Assembly (NCBI GenBank): GCA_964016885.1
Contig: OZ024743.1
Location: 334,552,001-334,616,000, forward strand
Source: Eledone cirrhosa
Taxonomy: Eukaryota
DNA: 64,000 bases
Direction of reading: 5' to 3'
The position numbers and the translations under genes are program-made. Positions 13,601 to 28,619 of this stretch are shown one piece after another. The first letter of the stretch is position 1, and the number at the start of each line of letters is the position of its first letter. The notes beneath the pieces are model-generated. The model made no database searches. It was not told the origin of the DNA and saw only the letters and a list, made by a program, of their open reading frames with translations.

Positions 13601-16600
13601 CCCAGAACAAACTGTAATATGTTACAGTTGGTCCCACCATAAAATGTTCCCAGTACAAACTGTAATATGTTACAGTTGGTACCAGGATAAAATGTACCCA
13701 GAACAAACTGTAATATGTTACAGTTGGTCCCACCATAAAATGTACCGAGAACAAACTGTAATATGTTACAGTTGGTCCCACGATAAAATGTACCCAGAAC
13801 AAACTGTAATATGTTACAGTTGGTCACACCATAAAATGTACCCAGAACAAACTGTAATATGTTGCAGTTGGTCCCACGATAAAATGTACCCAGAACAAAG
13901 TGTAATATGTTACACTTGGTTCCACCATAAAATGTACCCAGAACAAACTGTAATATGTTACAGTTGGTTCAACGATAAAATGTACCCAGAACAAACTGTA
14001 ATATGTTACAGTTGGTTCCACCATAAAATGTACCCAGAACATACTGTAATAGGTTACAGTTGGTCCCACGATAAAATGTATCCAGACAAAGTGTAATATG
14101 TTACAGTTGGTTCCACCATAAAATGTACCCAGAACAAACTGTAATATGTTACAGTTGGTCCCACCATAAAACGTACCCAGAACAAACTGTAATATGTTAC
14201 ATTTGGTCCCACGATAAAATGTACCCAGAACAAACTGTAATATGTTACAGTTGGTCCCACCATAAAATGTACCCAGAACAACCTGTAATTTGTTACAGTT
14301 GGTCCCACCATAAAACTTACCCAGAACAAACTGTAATATGTTACAGTTGGTTCCACCATAAAATGTACCCAGAACATACTGTAATAGGTTACAGTTGGTC
14401 CCACGATAAAATGTATCCAGACAAAGTGTAATATGTTACAGTTGGTTCCACCATAAAATGTACCCAGAACAAACTGTAATATGTTACAGTTGGTCCCACC
14501 ATAAAACGTACCCAGAACAACCTGTAATTTGTTACAGTTGGTCCCACCATAAAACTTACCCAGAACAAACTGTAATTTGTTACAGTTGGTCCCACCATAA
14601 ACGTACCCAGAACAAACTGTAATATGTTACAGTTGGTCCCACCATAAAATGTTCCCAGAACAATCTGTAATATGTTACAGTTGGTCACATCATAAAATGT
14701 ACCCAGAACAAACGGTAATATGTTACAGTTGGTTCTACTATAAAATGTTCCCAGAACAAACTGTAATATGTTACAGTTGGTTCCACTATAAAATTTACCC
14801 AGAACATACTGTAATATGTTGCAGTTGGTCCCACGATAAAATGTACCCAGAACAAAGTGTAATATGTTACACTTGGTTCCACCATAAAATGTACCCAGAA
14901 CAAACTGTAATATGTTACAGTTGGTCCCACCATAAAACGTACCCAGAACAAACTGTAATTTGTTACAGTTGGTCCCACCATAAACGTACCCAGAACAAAC
15001 TGTAATATGTTACAGTTGGTCCCACCATAAAATATACGCAGAACAAACTGTAATTTGTTACATTTATTCCCACGATAAAATGTACCCAGAACAAATTGTA
15101 ATATGTTACAGTTGGTCCCACCATAAAATGTTCCCAGAACAATCTGTAATATGTTACAGTTGGTCACACCATAAAATGTACCCAGAACAAACTGTAATAT
15201 GTTACAGTTGGTTCTACCATAAAATGTTCCCAGAACAAACTGTAATATGTTACAGTTGGTTCCACGATAAAATGTACCCAGAACAACCTGTAATTTGTTA
15301 CAGTTGGTTCCACAATAAAATATACCCAGAACATACTGTAATATGTTGCAGTTGGTCCCACAATAAAATGTACCCAGAACAAACTGTAATATGTTACAGT
15401 TGGTTCCACCATAAAATGTACCCAGAACAAACTGTAATATGTTACAGTTGTTTCCACGATGAAATGTAGCCAGAACAAACTGTAATATGTTACAGTTGGT
15501 CCCACCTTAAAATGTACCCAGAACAAACTGTAATATGTTACAGTTGGTTCCACCATAAAATGTACCCAGAACAAACTGTAATTTGTTACAGTTGGTCCCA
15601 CCATAAAATGTACCCAGAACAAACCGTAATATGTTACAGTTGGTTCAACGATAAAATGTACCCAGAACAAACTGTAATATGTTACAGTTGGTCCCACCAT
15701 AAAATGTACCCAGAACAAACTGTAATATGTTACAGTTGGTCCCACCATAAAATGTACCCAGAACAAACTGTAATATGTTACAGTTGGTTCCACCATAAAA
15801 TGTACCCAGAACAAACTGTAATTTGTTACAGTTGGTTCCACGATAAAATGTACCCAGAACAAACAGTAATATGTTTCAGTTGGTGCCACCATAAAATGTA
15901 CCCATAACAAACTGTAATTTGTTACAGTTGGTCCCACCATAAAATGTACCCAGAACAAACTGTAATATGTTACAATTGGTCCCACCATAAAATGTACCCA
16001 GAACAAACTGTAATATGTTACAGTTGGTCCCACCATAAAATGTACCCAGAACAAACTGTAATATGTTAAAAGTTTGTCGCCCATGAAATATGCCCAGAAT
16101 AAACTGTGATTTGTTACAGTTGGTCCCACCATAAAATGTACCCAGAACAAACTGTAATATGTTACAGTTGGTCCCACCATAAAATGTACCCAGAACAAAC
16201 TGTAATATGTTACTGTTGGTTCCACGATAAAATGTACCCAGAACAAACTGTAATATGTTACAGTTGGTTCCACGACAAAATGTACCCAGAACAAACTGTA
16301 ATATGTTACAGTTGGTTCAACGATAAAATGTACCCAGAACAAACTGTAATATGTTACAGTTGGTTCCACCATAAAATGTACCCAGAACATACTGTAATAG
16401 GTTACAGTTGGTCCCACGATAAAATGTATCCAGACAAAGTGTAATATGTTACAGTTGGTTCCACCATAAAATGTACCCAGAACAAACTGTAATATGTTAC
16501 AGTTGGTCCCACCATAAAACGTACCCAGAACAAACTGTAATATGTTACATTTGGTCCCACGATAAAATGTACCCAGAACAAACTGTAATATGTTACAGTT

Positions 16601-16953
16601 GGTCCCACCATAAAATGTACCCAGAACAACCTGTAATTTGTTACAGTTGGTCCCACCTTAAAACTTACCCAGAACAAACTGTAATTTGTTACAGTTGGTC
16701 CCACCATAAACGTACCCAGAACAAACTGTAATATGTTACAGTTGTTCCCACCGTAAAATATACGCAGAACAAACTGTAATTTGTTACATTTAGTCCCACG
16801 ATAAAATGTACCCAGAACAAATTGTAATATGTTACAGTTGGTCCCACCATAAAATGTACCCAGAACAACCTGTAATTTCTTACAGTTGGTTCCACCATAA
16901 AATATACCCAGAACAAACTGTAATATGTTACAGTTGGTTCCACGATAAAATGT
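7620..16953. repeat. 48-bp tandem satellite, about 190-195 monomers
   Basis: Monomer TGTACCCAGAACAAACTGTAATATGTTACAGTTGGTCCCACCATAAAA; the ORF track shows a 16-aa periodicity; no unique spacers. Confidence 0.97.
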
Positions 16954-16959
16954 AGAGAT

Positions 16960-17530
16960 CTTATTCTCGCCGAGCTTAACTTCGCCTCTTATTTCTATGG
17001 GATCAATGAAATAAAGTACCAGCATTGCACTGGGGTCGATTTATTCAGCTTTCTCCTTCCCCTCAGATTGTGCCAAAAGTAGAAACAAATATTAGTATCA
17101 TTATTATTGTTTGGAGCGGTGGGTTGGCAGTATTGGCAGAAAGTCAGACGCCATGTTTTGCAGCATACAGTTACACCACTTTATGGTCGGAGTTCACATC
17201 CCGCCGAGGTTAACTTTGCCTTTCATCCTCACGGTGTCGATAAAATAAAGTAACAGTCACGCACTGGGTCGATTTAATCGACTTTCCCTTACCCCCAAAT
17301 CACTAGCCTTGTGCCTATAGTAGAACTCTTTATTGTTTGGAGCGGTGGATTGGCAGTATTGGCAGAAGGTCAGACGCCATGTTTTGCAGCATAGAGTTAC
17401 ACCCCTTTATGGTCGGAGTTCAAATCCCAAAGAGGTTAACTTTTCCTTTCATCCTTACGGGGTCGATAAAATAAAGCACCAGTAATGCATTGGGATAATT
17501 ACTGGCCTCGTCCCAAAAGTATCAACTATT
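16960..17530 (+). mobile_element. Cluster of three major-family SINE copies directly abutting the satellite
   Basis: ggagcggtggattggcagtattggcagaa.gtcagacgccatg...gagttcaaatccc...aggttaac...gtcgataaaataaag repeated. Confidence 0.8.
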
Positions 17531-17544
17531 ATTATTGTTTGGAG

Positions 17545-18000
17545 CGAATGGACGTGTGTATGGAAACTCCCCGGAAAAAGTAAATTTAATACAGATAATA
17601 TTACGAAAATACTTTCGTTTGTTCCAATTTTTCTAATAGAAGTGTTTCAGCTTGTTCAATGGAACACACCGTTAACTGTAGAAAAAAAAAAAGGTTTGTC
17701 TTTAGACATCTTAAGCCGTTTACATCTTTTTGACAATTACTTGAATGCAATATTGGGTGTGTTGCAGAAAGACGGCTTAAGAAGTAGCATGAAGAGGGTC
17801 ATATCCCAGTGCTGACAGCTGCAGTTTAAATAACATAATTAAGCACGTCACGAAATGGTTTTCAATGGAAAGAACGGAATGTGGAAGACAATAGAGAGAC
17901 GAACATGCATGCAATGATATAATTTTAAAACGCTTTCATTTAGTGTTGGATAATAGGAGACGTAAACAGATGAACAGCAACGATAAGTGCAATGAGACTA
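17545..18000 (+). mobile_element. Possible highly degenerate Tc1/mariner transposase relic
   Basis: Interrupted peptides CVWKLPGKSKFN, RLHLFDNYLNA and KHVTKWF loosely follow the Tc1 DD34E-domain order. Confidence 0.25.
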
Positions 18001-18289
18001 AAGGATCGTTTCTACTCAAGGTAAAGAAGAGATGAACGAGATATATCACAAAAGCAGTGTTCCCTTGCCTGATCACGAATAATTTGATAGCTAGTGAGAG
18101 AGGTGGAAAAAAGAAAAGAAGTTACCTTGAGTGTGGGGATATAGCTCGACTGCCTGTGACTGAATAAGCTGCGCAAACGACACCCAAATGTCATGTGATT
18201 ATGTTCAACTGGGTGACAGATTCTTCCAATAAAGAACAGAAACGGTTCAGCCAACATACAGTTTAAAGTATTCTCGGGTTCCTCCAAAT

Positions 18290-18625
18290 AGGGGAGTGGG
18301 CTGCCATAAGTGGGGATGGATGAAAAATCGCTAATTTTTCTAGGTTGTCTCCATTAACTTTAAAAAACCCCCAGAATTAGTCGTTTAGTTTACATATTAA
18401 CACTCCTATTTATTTTTATAACGTATGGGATTTCTGGTAATGGTAATTTTCTGCCATTCATATATTCTTAAAAATAATTCTTTATACCATATACAATGCT
18501 TAAAGTAAACTACAAATTCCTTGTATTTTTAATGTCTAAAGAAAATTAATTGTCGCAGGAATGCTACCAATTAAAATATAATCTGAAAAATTAGTATGGT
18601 CGTGGTGATTATTGGAGACCCGAGA
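18290..18625 (+). repeat. Unclassified dispersed repeat (second copy ~25640-26040)
   Basis: Shared blocks aatttttctaggt, cagaattagtcgtttagtttacatatt, aaagaaaattaattgtcgc.ggaatgctacca and agacc..agagta. Confidence 0.7.
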
Positions 18626-19720
18626 GTACAGGAATAGTTTCTCCAACATAGTTTCTAACTATCAAATTTTGCTCCCAAAATATTTAGTTGGTCAGAAACT
18701 GGTAAAGGACACCAACGTCATGAGTAATACGACCAAATCCGAAAACACATAGCTGCAAAGTAAACTGTTTAACCACACAGCCATAACTGATAATAAAATA
18801 TCACGTCACATTCATTTCAAATTTTCCTTGTGCCCACTTCAATGATAAAGATGAAACCTACAAGCAAGAGCAAAATGTATATGTTGGTTTTGATTGGTCC
18901 ATTGAATTCAATAGATTTCCTTTGGGGGCTTTAATCGGTCGTTTTCCTTAAAATTCGAAACCCTTTCCCGCCCAGTCAAGTTAACATCTATTGTTTCTCG
19001 TGTTATCAAATTTACTCTGAATTAGCAAGCATAACTTCAAAATAGACATTTAAATTGAGTCCACTTCCTCATTAAGATGAAAGTTTATGGTGTATTTGAA
19101 AATATTATTATATTGTAAGCATGGTAAAATGTGAAAATCGCTTAATAGAAATTGATTAATCCTTTCATATTTCTTTCTTAAGAACTGTCAAAAATAATCC
19201 TCTTTGAATATTTCAGTTTGTAACTGTTAATATAATAAAATGAGAAGAAACTAAATCTTCTTTGAATAACACTTTCGGATAAATAAAGCTCTTTTCTTGA
19301 TGGAATATCTGCTAGGGGTTGATAGTGATTTACGAATTATAAAGTGTATCTATTCATGTTTGTTGCAGACTCACTGGTGGCTGACGAGACTAATATAGAC
19401 CGGATACACCCAACTGTAGCGACTGTAAGGGAAATTGTATTATGGACTTGGTGTTTCTGTGCCTCGTTTCATTTTCTCTCCTCTTATTTCCGCAGATAAA
19501 CCTTCTGTGCATTCTCGATGAATGAAGCAAATTGATGAATGGTGTGTGACAAGGTCATGCAATCAGAGGCCATATCCGACCAGAGATTTAATGTCAGGCG
19601 TGATAGTGAATAATTGATATTTATGAATTTCTAACACGTTATCTTTGCTTTCTAACTTTTCTAAATTTTACACAGTTACAGAACAAACATATTAAAACCG
19701 AAAAAGTGTCGAATAATAAT

Positions 19721-19790
19721 CCCAGCGCGTCTCCCTCGCCATCCTCCGGGGCAATGTATTCTCCATTCTGTCGGTTGGAACCCAGAGGTG
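19721..19790 (+). mobile_element. CRE-like LINE 3' fragment
   Basis: Translates QRVSLAILRGNVFSILSVG. Confidence 0.55.
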
Positions 19791-21089
19791 GAAGATAAGT
19801 TAGTTGGAAGTGGAGAATATTCGTTTGGAAGTCGCTTTCTCTCTATTTCTAAATGTAGTATTAGCTTGAATAATTGGTTTAATAAACTCATTTATAATAA
19901 TTATAATTCAAATTAAGATATCACTTAAACTTTTAAACCAGTAGCATTACCCGTTCTTTGAATTAGTGGCAACACATTCACCGTCCGTTAATGAGATTGT
20001 AGTGTCGAATTCCTGGATTAGAGTGTGCCGTCATTGGAAAGCTTTCCAGGGTTTCAGTAATAGAGGGTAACCTATCCTTTATTAGATGCATAATCGTGTA
20101 AATGAATATACTGTAGGTGTTATGACACAGCGCCACTTTACGCCGACGTTGAATTTGGAAGTCTCCGATGGTGTGTCATTTGCAAGGAACTTTGAAGACA
20201 TTCTTTCTGATGACTTTCTCTGCACCAAATATCTCTGCACGCATGTGTCATAAAAAAAAAGATGGAAATTATCGTATGTCTTTTTCGGCTCCATAAAGGC
20301 CAGCTACAGACAATGGCTAATGCTGGTTTTGAAAGATTTTCTTGCAACTGTGAAACTAAAACGATTTTAACCGTTATTTCACGAAATGGTCATAAAACAA
20401 CTTTACAACTTTGGAAGGGTGGCTTCTGTAAATCGTCTGAATCGATTGCTGAACATTCGAAATCGAACAACTTTTGTGGTATACAGCAAGGAGGTCTCAC
20501 AGTACCTGTCATAGTCTACTTTGTCTCCCTTCTTCGTGAAGATTATAACAATTAGTTCATCCTTGTCTTCCTCAGGTCTTCCTGCTTACAACGAAAGCAG
20601 TGATATCGGTGTAGAAATTAATGAAAAGATTTGAAGTACCTCTTATGTTAATAGTACCGTGTAGAATATTTAGAGTTTACCTTTAACAAGAACGGTTTGT
20701 AGGTACTTAGATATATAGCCACCCATAAGAGCTTAGACGTTCAAAGTCCGCAAAAAGTGGTGAACTCCCCGAGCGTTTAGGGAGTATCGAAGCAGCCACT
20801 ATGGAGGGCACCTTCTCTCACCTCTTTCTAATTCAGCATAAACAGCCTGAATTCAGTGTGAACATAGTTTCTTGGCTGTGGATACTCTTGCCGAAACATC
20901 TGTATGGTTTAATTTTAAGAATAGGCATATCTAACATCGATAGACCACAGACCGTGATAACTTTTCATAATACTGAATGATGATGACTACTTGCTAAAAA
21001 AGAGTATCAGCAATAGCTGAAAGTTTAACCCTGCAGTAGACATGCGTCCTGATACAAACACACACACACACACATACTCACACACACAC

Positions 21090-21158
<69 letters not shown>

Positions 21159-22036
21159 TATAAAGTGTGTCCCATGAGATATATATAAACACTTTCATTA
21201 GAATGCTATTGAAATGTGTATATATTTTTGGGGACACCCTGTCTAATGTTGAATGGTTGGTAATATAAGTAGACAGTGTAATTGATAAGTTAAGATATAT
21301 TAACAAAATAACTATGCTGGTATGCCACTAGAATAAATCGAGAATAAGGGTGGAGGTGGGGGTGTACATTAAGCCGCTTAAAACCATAGAAATCGGGATA
21401 AGCACTGATCGCATGAGCCCCAGGGCTTGAGGCAGATTTTAGACTTTTAGACATATCACTGTGGACTGCAGGGTACTTTTCTACTTATCAGATATGACGT
21501 ACTTCACAAAATGATATTAAATTGATACTAATCATTCTTCTCCCAAAGAACTAAAAGAATTATTAATTAACTAGATGATTTTCCTCCACACAACATTAAA
21601 TATGATTGCCTTAACTTGAACTTTACGTGATAGCTAGGTAGCTTGGTTAATAATTACTTTTGAAAATCCCTTTAGCGTAGAAAATAATAATTTCTTGTAA
21701 CGAGATACAAACCATCGATAGAATTCCTCAACCAATAAGTGAATATATTAATACTCATCAAGTGATGACCTTCAATAAGAAAAATAAAATCTAGAATCGG
21801 AAGAAAGTAATCAAGATTTACATGGGATGGGAAAAATAAAGATAACAATTAATAGAACAGCGATGTCTTCTGTGTTGTGAACATCAATGTATTCTGACGT
21901 TTCAAGCAGGGTCATTTTTATATTTTTATCTTCAGCGTAAACAAAGCGGCTGACTTAATAATCAATTGGAAAACTTGAAATTTAAAACGTGTGCGTTTCA
22001 ACGGAAATTACGATAACCAGAGTCGGTCACTATTGA

Positions 22037-22530
22037 GGGCGATGGATTGGCAGTATCGGTGGAGCGTCGGATTACACCTCCTTTACAATCTGAGTTCAAA
22101 TCCTGTCAGGTAATATTTGCCTTTCATCATTATGGGGGTCGATAAAATAAAGTACCAGTAATGCACTAGGGTCGATTTAATCGACTTTCTCTCCCTAAAG
22201 TTGTTGGCCTTGCGCCTAAAAACAGAAACCAACACTCGGTCATTATAAATAATAGGTAAAGTATACCTGGATAGCGAAAGTTCTATTCCATGATTAGCGC
22301 CAATAGCTACTTTTCTCCCGTTTCTAGGGGTACTTCATCCGGATTTTCTCGACTATTATTATTATAAAGGTCGGACGCCATGCGTTGCAGTATAAATTAC
22401 GGCCCTTTATGATCTAAGTTCAAATCCTCCCGAGGTTAACTTTGCCTTTCATCCTTATGTGGTCGATAAAATAAAGTACCAGTAATGCACTGGAAGTTAT
22501 TGCTGGCCTTGTGCAAAAAGCAGAAACAAT
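22037..22530 (+). mobile_element. Two major-family SINE copies (22037-22230 and 22365-22530)
   Basis: gggcgatggattggcagtatcgg...gagttcaaatcc...gtcgataaaataaagtaccagtaatgcact. Confidence 0.8.
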
Positions 22531-22639
22531 TACTATTTTAGTCATTTGACTCAGGACGCACACATTTCAAATTTAACTTCAGTGATATTTTTCTCTTTCT
22601 GAAACATTATTTTCCTTATATTCTTAAGTTTGCTCCTTT

Positions 22640-23011
22640 AACACACCTTGTGTATGTCAGTGTATATATCAACACACCTTGTGTATGACAGTGTATATAT
22701 CAACACACCTTGTGTATGTCAGTGTATATATCAACACACCTTGTGTATGTCAGTGTATATATCAACACACCTTGTGTATGTCAGTGGATATATCAACACA
22801 CATTGTGTATGTCAGTGTATATATCAACACACCTTGTGTATGTCAGTGTATATATCAACACACCTTGTGTATGTCAGTGGATATATCAACACACATTGTG
22901 TATGTCAGTGTATATATCAACACACCTTGTGTATGTCAGTGTATATATCAACACACCTTGTGTATGTCAGTGTATATATCAACACACCTTGTGTATGTCA
23001 GTGTATATATC
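22640..23011. repeat. 31-bp minisatellite, 12 copies
   Basis: Unit AACACACCTTGTGTATGTCAGTGTATATATC; 372 bp = 12 x 31. Confidence 0.95.
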
Positions 23012-23180
23012 GACAACGTTTTAACATCAAAATTGATTTTTATCTTAATCAACTTTTAAGAAAAGACAGATGTAATATTTTAGTTCCGTCGCCATTTTCT
23101 TGTTTGTTTGTATCGCTTATATCTCATACATAATTTAATATATTAATTTCCTATAAAAATGTTAGTTGAAGAGATAAAGA

Positions 23181-23293
<113 letters not shown>

Positions 23294-23354
23294 CGTATAT
23301 ATGCATCGTATATACCAAATATATACAAATATGTTTTCATATATACTACATACA

Positions 23355-23448
<94 letters not shown>

Positions 23449-23861
23449 CATATATATGAATATATACACAGCGCTGTATATACAGATATGTGTATATCAT
23501 GTACACACATGTATATCATGTGCACACGTACACACACACATATATATACATACATGTATATGAGGATATATTCCTTCCCTATACCGTACCGATTGTGTTG
23601 TTATTTCTGTTTACCTTATATATATATAACATATATATATACACAAATATGTGTTCATATATACCATCCATACACACACAAACAACCCCTCCTTATATAT
23701 ATAATATTATATATATAATATTATATATATATACAACAAACCCTCCATCTCAATTCTACTTTTGAAAAGCAGAAGAACTGCGAAACCGGTAAAGGAACCA
23801 AATAAATGTATATTAAAAAAAAAAAGACTCCAGTTGCATTTTCGATTTCATCTTTTTTCCT

Positions 23862-23917
<56 letters not shown>

Positions 23918-24035
23918 CATGTATGTATAAATATACATACTACTGTACGTCTGTATACATATATGTATGTACGTATATATACTTATATTTAAGTCTCAGC
24001 CGTACTAAGAGTGACAAATGAAATTTCATTTCATT

Positions 24036-24582
<547 letters not shown>

Positions 24583-24741
24583 TTAAGTAAGTGCTGTACT
24601 AACAGTGAGAAAGGAAATTTCGTTTCATTCTATTCCATTTATATATATATATATATATATATGGAAGATGGACGTTAAACGATGATGATGATGATGATGA
24701 TGATATACAAATATGTGTTCATGTATGCCATCATGCATACA

Positions 24742-24786
<45 letters not shown>

Positions 24787-25451
24787 GTGTTTATGTATAC
24801 CATGCATGCATAACATATATTGTTGAGTATTTGATTCTTCAGATTGTTTGCTCCTGTGTATGTCTTGCTAACTAATGTATATAATTGAATTTATATTCCA
24901 AATTCAAAAAAATATATATTCATTTCTGTAGCCTTCCTTCTTTAATCAAATTATCAAGCTGTCAAAATATCGTGGAATAATAAGACATAAAGGATCCGCC
25001 ATAACATTATTTATGGTTACCTTTAATATTCACAAGTACAGGTGGTGATTAGATTTGCTAGAAATAGATAACAGATCTCTCTTAGGTGATAGATGTGTCC
25101 GAGTTATTTTGGCATTTGGGGGCAGTAATGGGCTGGGTGTGGGTTTTGGATGGATGTTTCGACCGATTACAGGGTATCCTTATAAATCTTTCAAAGTGTA
25201 ATTACGATCCACTGGAAAATGTGGAAAACAGCGACGATTAAAGTTTTGTAGCATTTTATGAAATATATAGAATTTCACGGTTATATACGACGTCCATTAG
25301 AATCATGTTTCAGAGTTCAATGTGTGTTACATTTTACCAGTAATAATAGAAAATGACACCAATCTATTTCAGTTACCTAGTTATCTAACGACAGCAACAG
25401 TTGACTGATAAAATGACAAGTCGGACAATCATATTAGGGCCCACCCCACAG

Positions 25452-25521
25452 CCCCGGCGGATGGAATAGAGAAGGCGTTTCCCCAGGGGACGGCAAGTGA
25501 GACGCGCTGGAAAAGCCATTG
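25452..25521 (-). mobile_element. CRE-like LINE 3' fragment
   Basis: Translates WLFQRVSLAVPWGNAFSIPSAG. Confidence 0.55.
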
Positions 25522-26465
25522 ATATGAATTAACAGGTAGAATTGTTTCTCAGACGTTAACACCGGCTTTGAGAAATATGGAAAATTGAATAAATACTTTC
25601 GTGTCCCAAATAATATAGAGGGTGGGTGTGGGGAGTATGTATGGGGTGGTGGGGTGGAATAAGTGGTTTGGGGTGTGGAAATCGATAATTTTTCTAGGTA
25701 GCCTTCGTTGATTTTTTTACAAAGCAGAATTAGTCGTTTAGTTTACATATTGAGACCCCAACCCATCCTATTTATTTTATATCATATGGGATTTCTAGTA
25801 ATGCACTTTTTTGGTCATGTATAATGTTTTTTTAATGTATAAAGAAAATTAATTGTCGCTGGAATGCTACCATTTAAAACAAAATTTACCGGAGATAGGT
25901 TAGTAAAATTTAATAAGCACGCGTGTGTGTGTGCGGGGGTGAGGGATGGGGTAAAATAAGAGCGGGTGTGTGCGGGAAAAAAAAAATCTGAAAAATTAAT
26001 AAGCGAGTGGTGGGGGACGACTATTAGAGACCTAAGAGTAACTTGTCTTTTTCTGGGCACCCTATTCCTGAAATACGAAAAGAAAAGTCCCATAGTTTAA
26101 AGACAAGATTATTAGTTCAATGATATTAAATAACAGCAAATGCAACACGTAGGTATCAATAAAATTATAAATTAATATTTGAGTGAAGTATAGCCGAATA
26201 TTTAGTAGAATACTTCGAAATCGGACAGATTTATTGATGCAGCATGACGGATGAATAAGAAGCACGTTTCGCAGTCATTTGGTCCTGAGCTTCATCCAAC
26301 TGTGTGACAAGGCTGATCCTCTGATTTACAGGAATAGACCACCCATCGGGTTTCTCAATTTTCAGTCTACACACTTACATTCGCAAGGACTGTTCCATTT
26401 TTTTGTATGAGGTTTTGTAATATTCTAAAATCTGTTTGGAATTCCATTTATTGATGAGCATAAGT

Positions 26466-26548
<83 letters not shown>

Positions 26549-26735
26549 CATACATATATATATAGAGAGAGAGAGAGAGAAAGAGAGGGGTGGTTAAGTC
26601 ACGACTGTGCACACATTTTATTTTGTAATTAAATATTTCTCGTGTTTCCTACTTACACAAACACGTATACACGTATACACACACACAAACGCACGCACAC
26701 ACACACACATACATATATATATATACATGTATATA

Positions 26736-26770
<35 letters not shown>

Positions 26771-26821
26771 ATACATACACACTGAGTGCTCTACTACTAC
26801 GGCTATAACCCACCAGTGTGC

Positions 26822-26870
<49 letters not shown>

Positions 26871-27087
26871 ATTAAGTTAAAGTGTACATCTACATATGTA
26901 TACGGAAGTATTAGTATGCATATAAATACACACATGTATACATATGTACATGTACTCAGCTTTTCACTAGACACTTTACAGTGAGTGTCAGCTAGTCTGT
27001 ATGTAACCACACAGACGGACCGGGTTTTAGAGTCATACGGGTTTTCAAGGAAACACATTTCCTCTATTCTCCAGAGGGCCAGACAGG

Positions 27088-27132
27088 AATATTGGACTAG
27101 TTTCGATGTTATTACATCTCATCAGCAATATT
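27088..27132 (-). ncRNA. Minimal type I hammerhead ribozyme (copy 1)
   Basis: AATATTG-CTGATGA-GATGT-AATA-ACATC-GAAAC-TA-GTC-CAATATT: perfect stems I and II, GUC triplet. Confidence 0.9.
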
Positions 27133-27556
27133 TACCCATCTTCCGGCTTCTCTAGAGAATTGTAAAAGCACATATCGTTATATGCTTTTTCTATGAAAAT
27201 TAGTAGTGGGTAGACTAATTTGCATAGAACGTGAGTCATTGTACGCACCGGTTCAGCGGAAACGATAAAAACAAATAACGAAACGAAATTAAATTTCGTT
27301 TCGCTTCTAACTCACTTTTGTATGACTGACGCTTAAACAATTAAGTTAAAGTGTACATCTACATATGTATACGGAAGTATTAGTATGCATATAAATACAC
27401 ACATGTATACATATGTACATGTACTCAGCGTTTCACTAGACACTTTACAGTGAGTGTCAGCTAGTCTGTATGTAACCACACAGACGGACCGGGTTTTAGA
27501 GTCATACGGGTTTTCAAGGAAACACATTTCCTCTATTCTCCAGAGGGCCAGACAGG

Positions 27557-27601
27557 AATATTGGACTAGTTTCGATGTTATTACATCTCATCAGCAATAT
27601 T
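27557..27601 (-). ncRNA. Minimal type I hammerhead ribozyme (copy 2)
   Basis: Identical to copy 1, 469 bp away. Confidence 0.9.
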
Positions 27602-28150
27602 TACCCATCTTCCGGCTTCTCTGGAGAATTGTAAAAGCACATATCGTTATATGCTTTTTCTATGAAAATTAGTAGTGGGTAGACTAATTTGCATAGAACG
27701 TGAGTCATTGTACGCACCGGTTCAGCGGAAACGATAAAAACAAATAACGAAACGAAATTAAATTTCGTTTCGCTTCTAACTCACTTTTGTATGACTGACG
27801 CTTAAACAATTAAGTTAAAGTGTACATCTACATATGTATACGGAAGTATTAGTATGCATATAAATACACACATGTATACATATGTACATGTACTCAGCTT
27901 TTCACTAGACACTTTACAGTGAGTGTCAGCTAGTATGTATGTAACCACACAGACGGACCGGGTTTTAGAGTCATAGAAGCGAAACGAAATTTAATTTCGT
28001 TTCGTTATTTGTTTTTATCGTTTCCGCTGAACCGGTGCGTACAATGACTCACGTTCTATGCAAATTAGTCTACCCACTACTAATTTTCATAGAAAAAGCA
28101 TATAACGATATGTGCTTTTACAATTCTCCAGAGAAGCCGGAAGATGGGTA

Positions 28151-28195
28151 AATATTGCTGATAAGATGTAATAACATCGAAACTAGTCCAATATT
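28151..28195 (+). ncRNA. Minimal hammerhead copy 3 with core mutation CTGATAA (G8 to A)
   Basis: aatattgctgataagatgtaataacatcgaaactagtccaatatt; G8 is essential, so this copy is probably inactive. Confidence 0.8.
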
Positions 28196-28619
28196 CCTGT
28201 CTGGCCCTCTGGAGAATAGAGGAAATGTGTTTCCTTGAAAACCCATATGACTCTAAAACCCGGTCCGTCTGTGTGGTTACATACAGACTAGCTGACACTC
28301 ACTGTAAAGTGTCTAGTGAAAAGCTGAGTACATGTACATATGTATACATGTGTGTATTTATATGCATACTAATACTTCCGTATACATATGTAGATGTACA
28401 CTTTAACTTAATTGTTTAAGCGTCAGTCATACAAAAGTGAGTTAGAAGCGAAACGAAATTTAATTTCGTTTCGTTATTTGTTTTTATCGTTTCCGCTGAA
28501 CCGGTGCGTACAATGACTCACGTTCTATGCAAATTAGTCTACCCACTACTAATTTTCATAGAAAAAGCATATAACGATATGTGCTTTTACAATTCTCCAG
28601 AGAAGCCGGAAGATGGGTA

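Noticed and set aside
7620-16953. CRISPR-like array of palindromic repeats
   Set aside because: Monomers are contiguous with no unique spacers, there are no cas genes, and the context is eukaryotic.
7558-17025. Long ORFs (up to 472 aa) across the 48-bp array
   Set aside because: By-product of a stop-poor monomer whose length is a multiple of 3; open on both strands, with frequent frameshifts and no splice or domain evidence.
19990-20600. Possible Tc1 relic on the minus strand (GRP/ETSKFN-like peptides) or a host exon
   Set aside because: Too degenerate to support; no clean splice-bounded frame.
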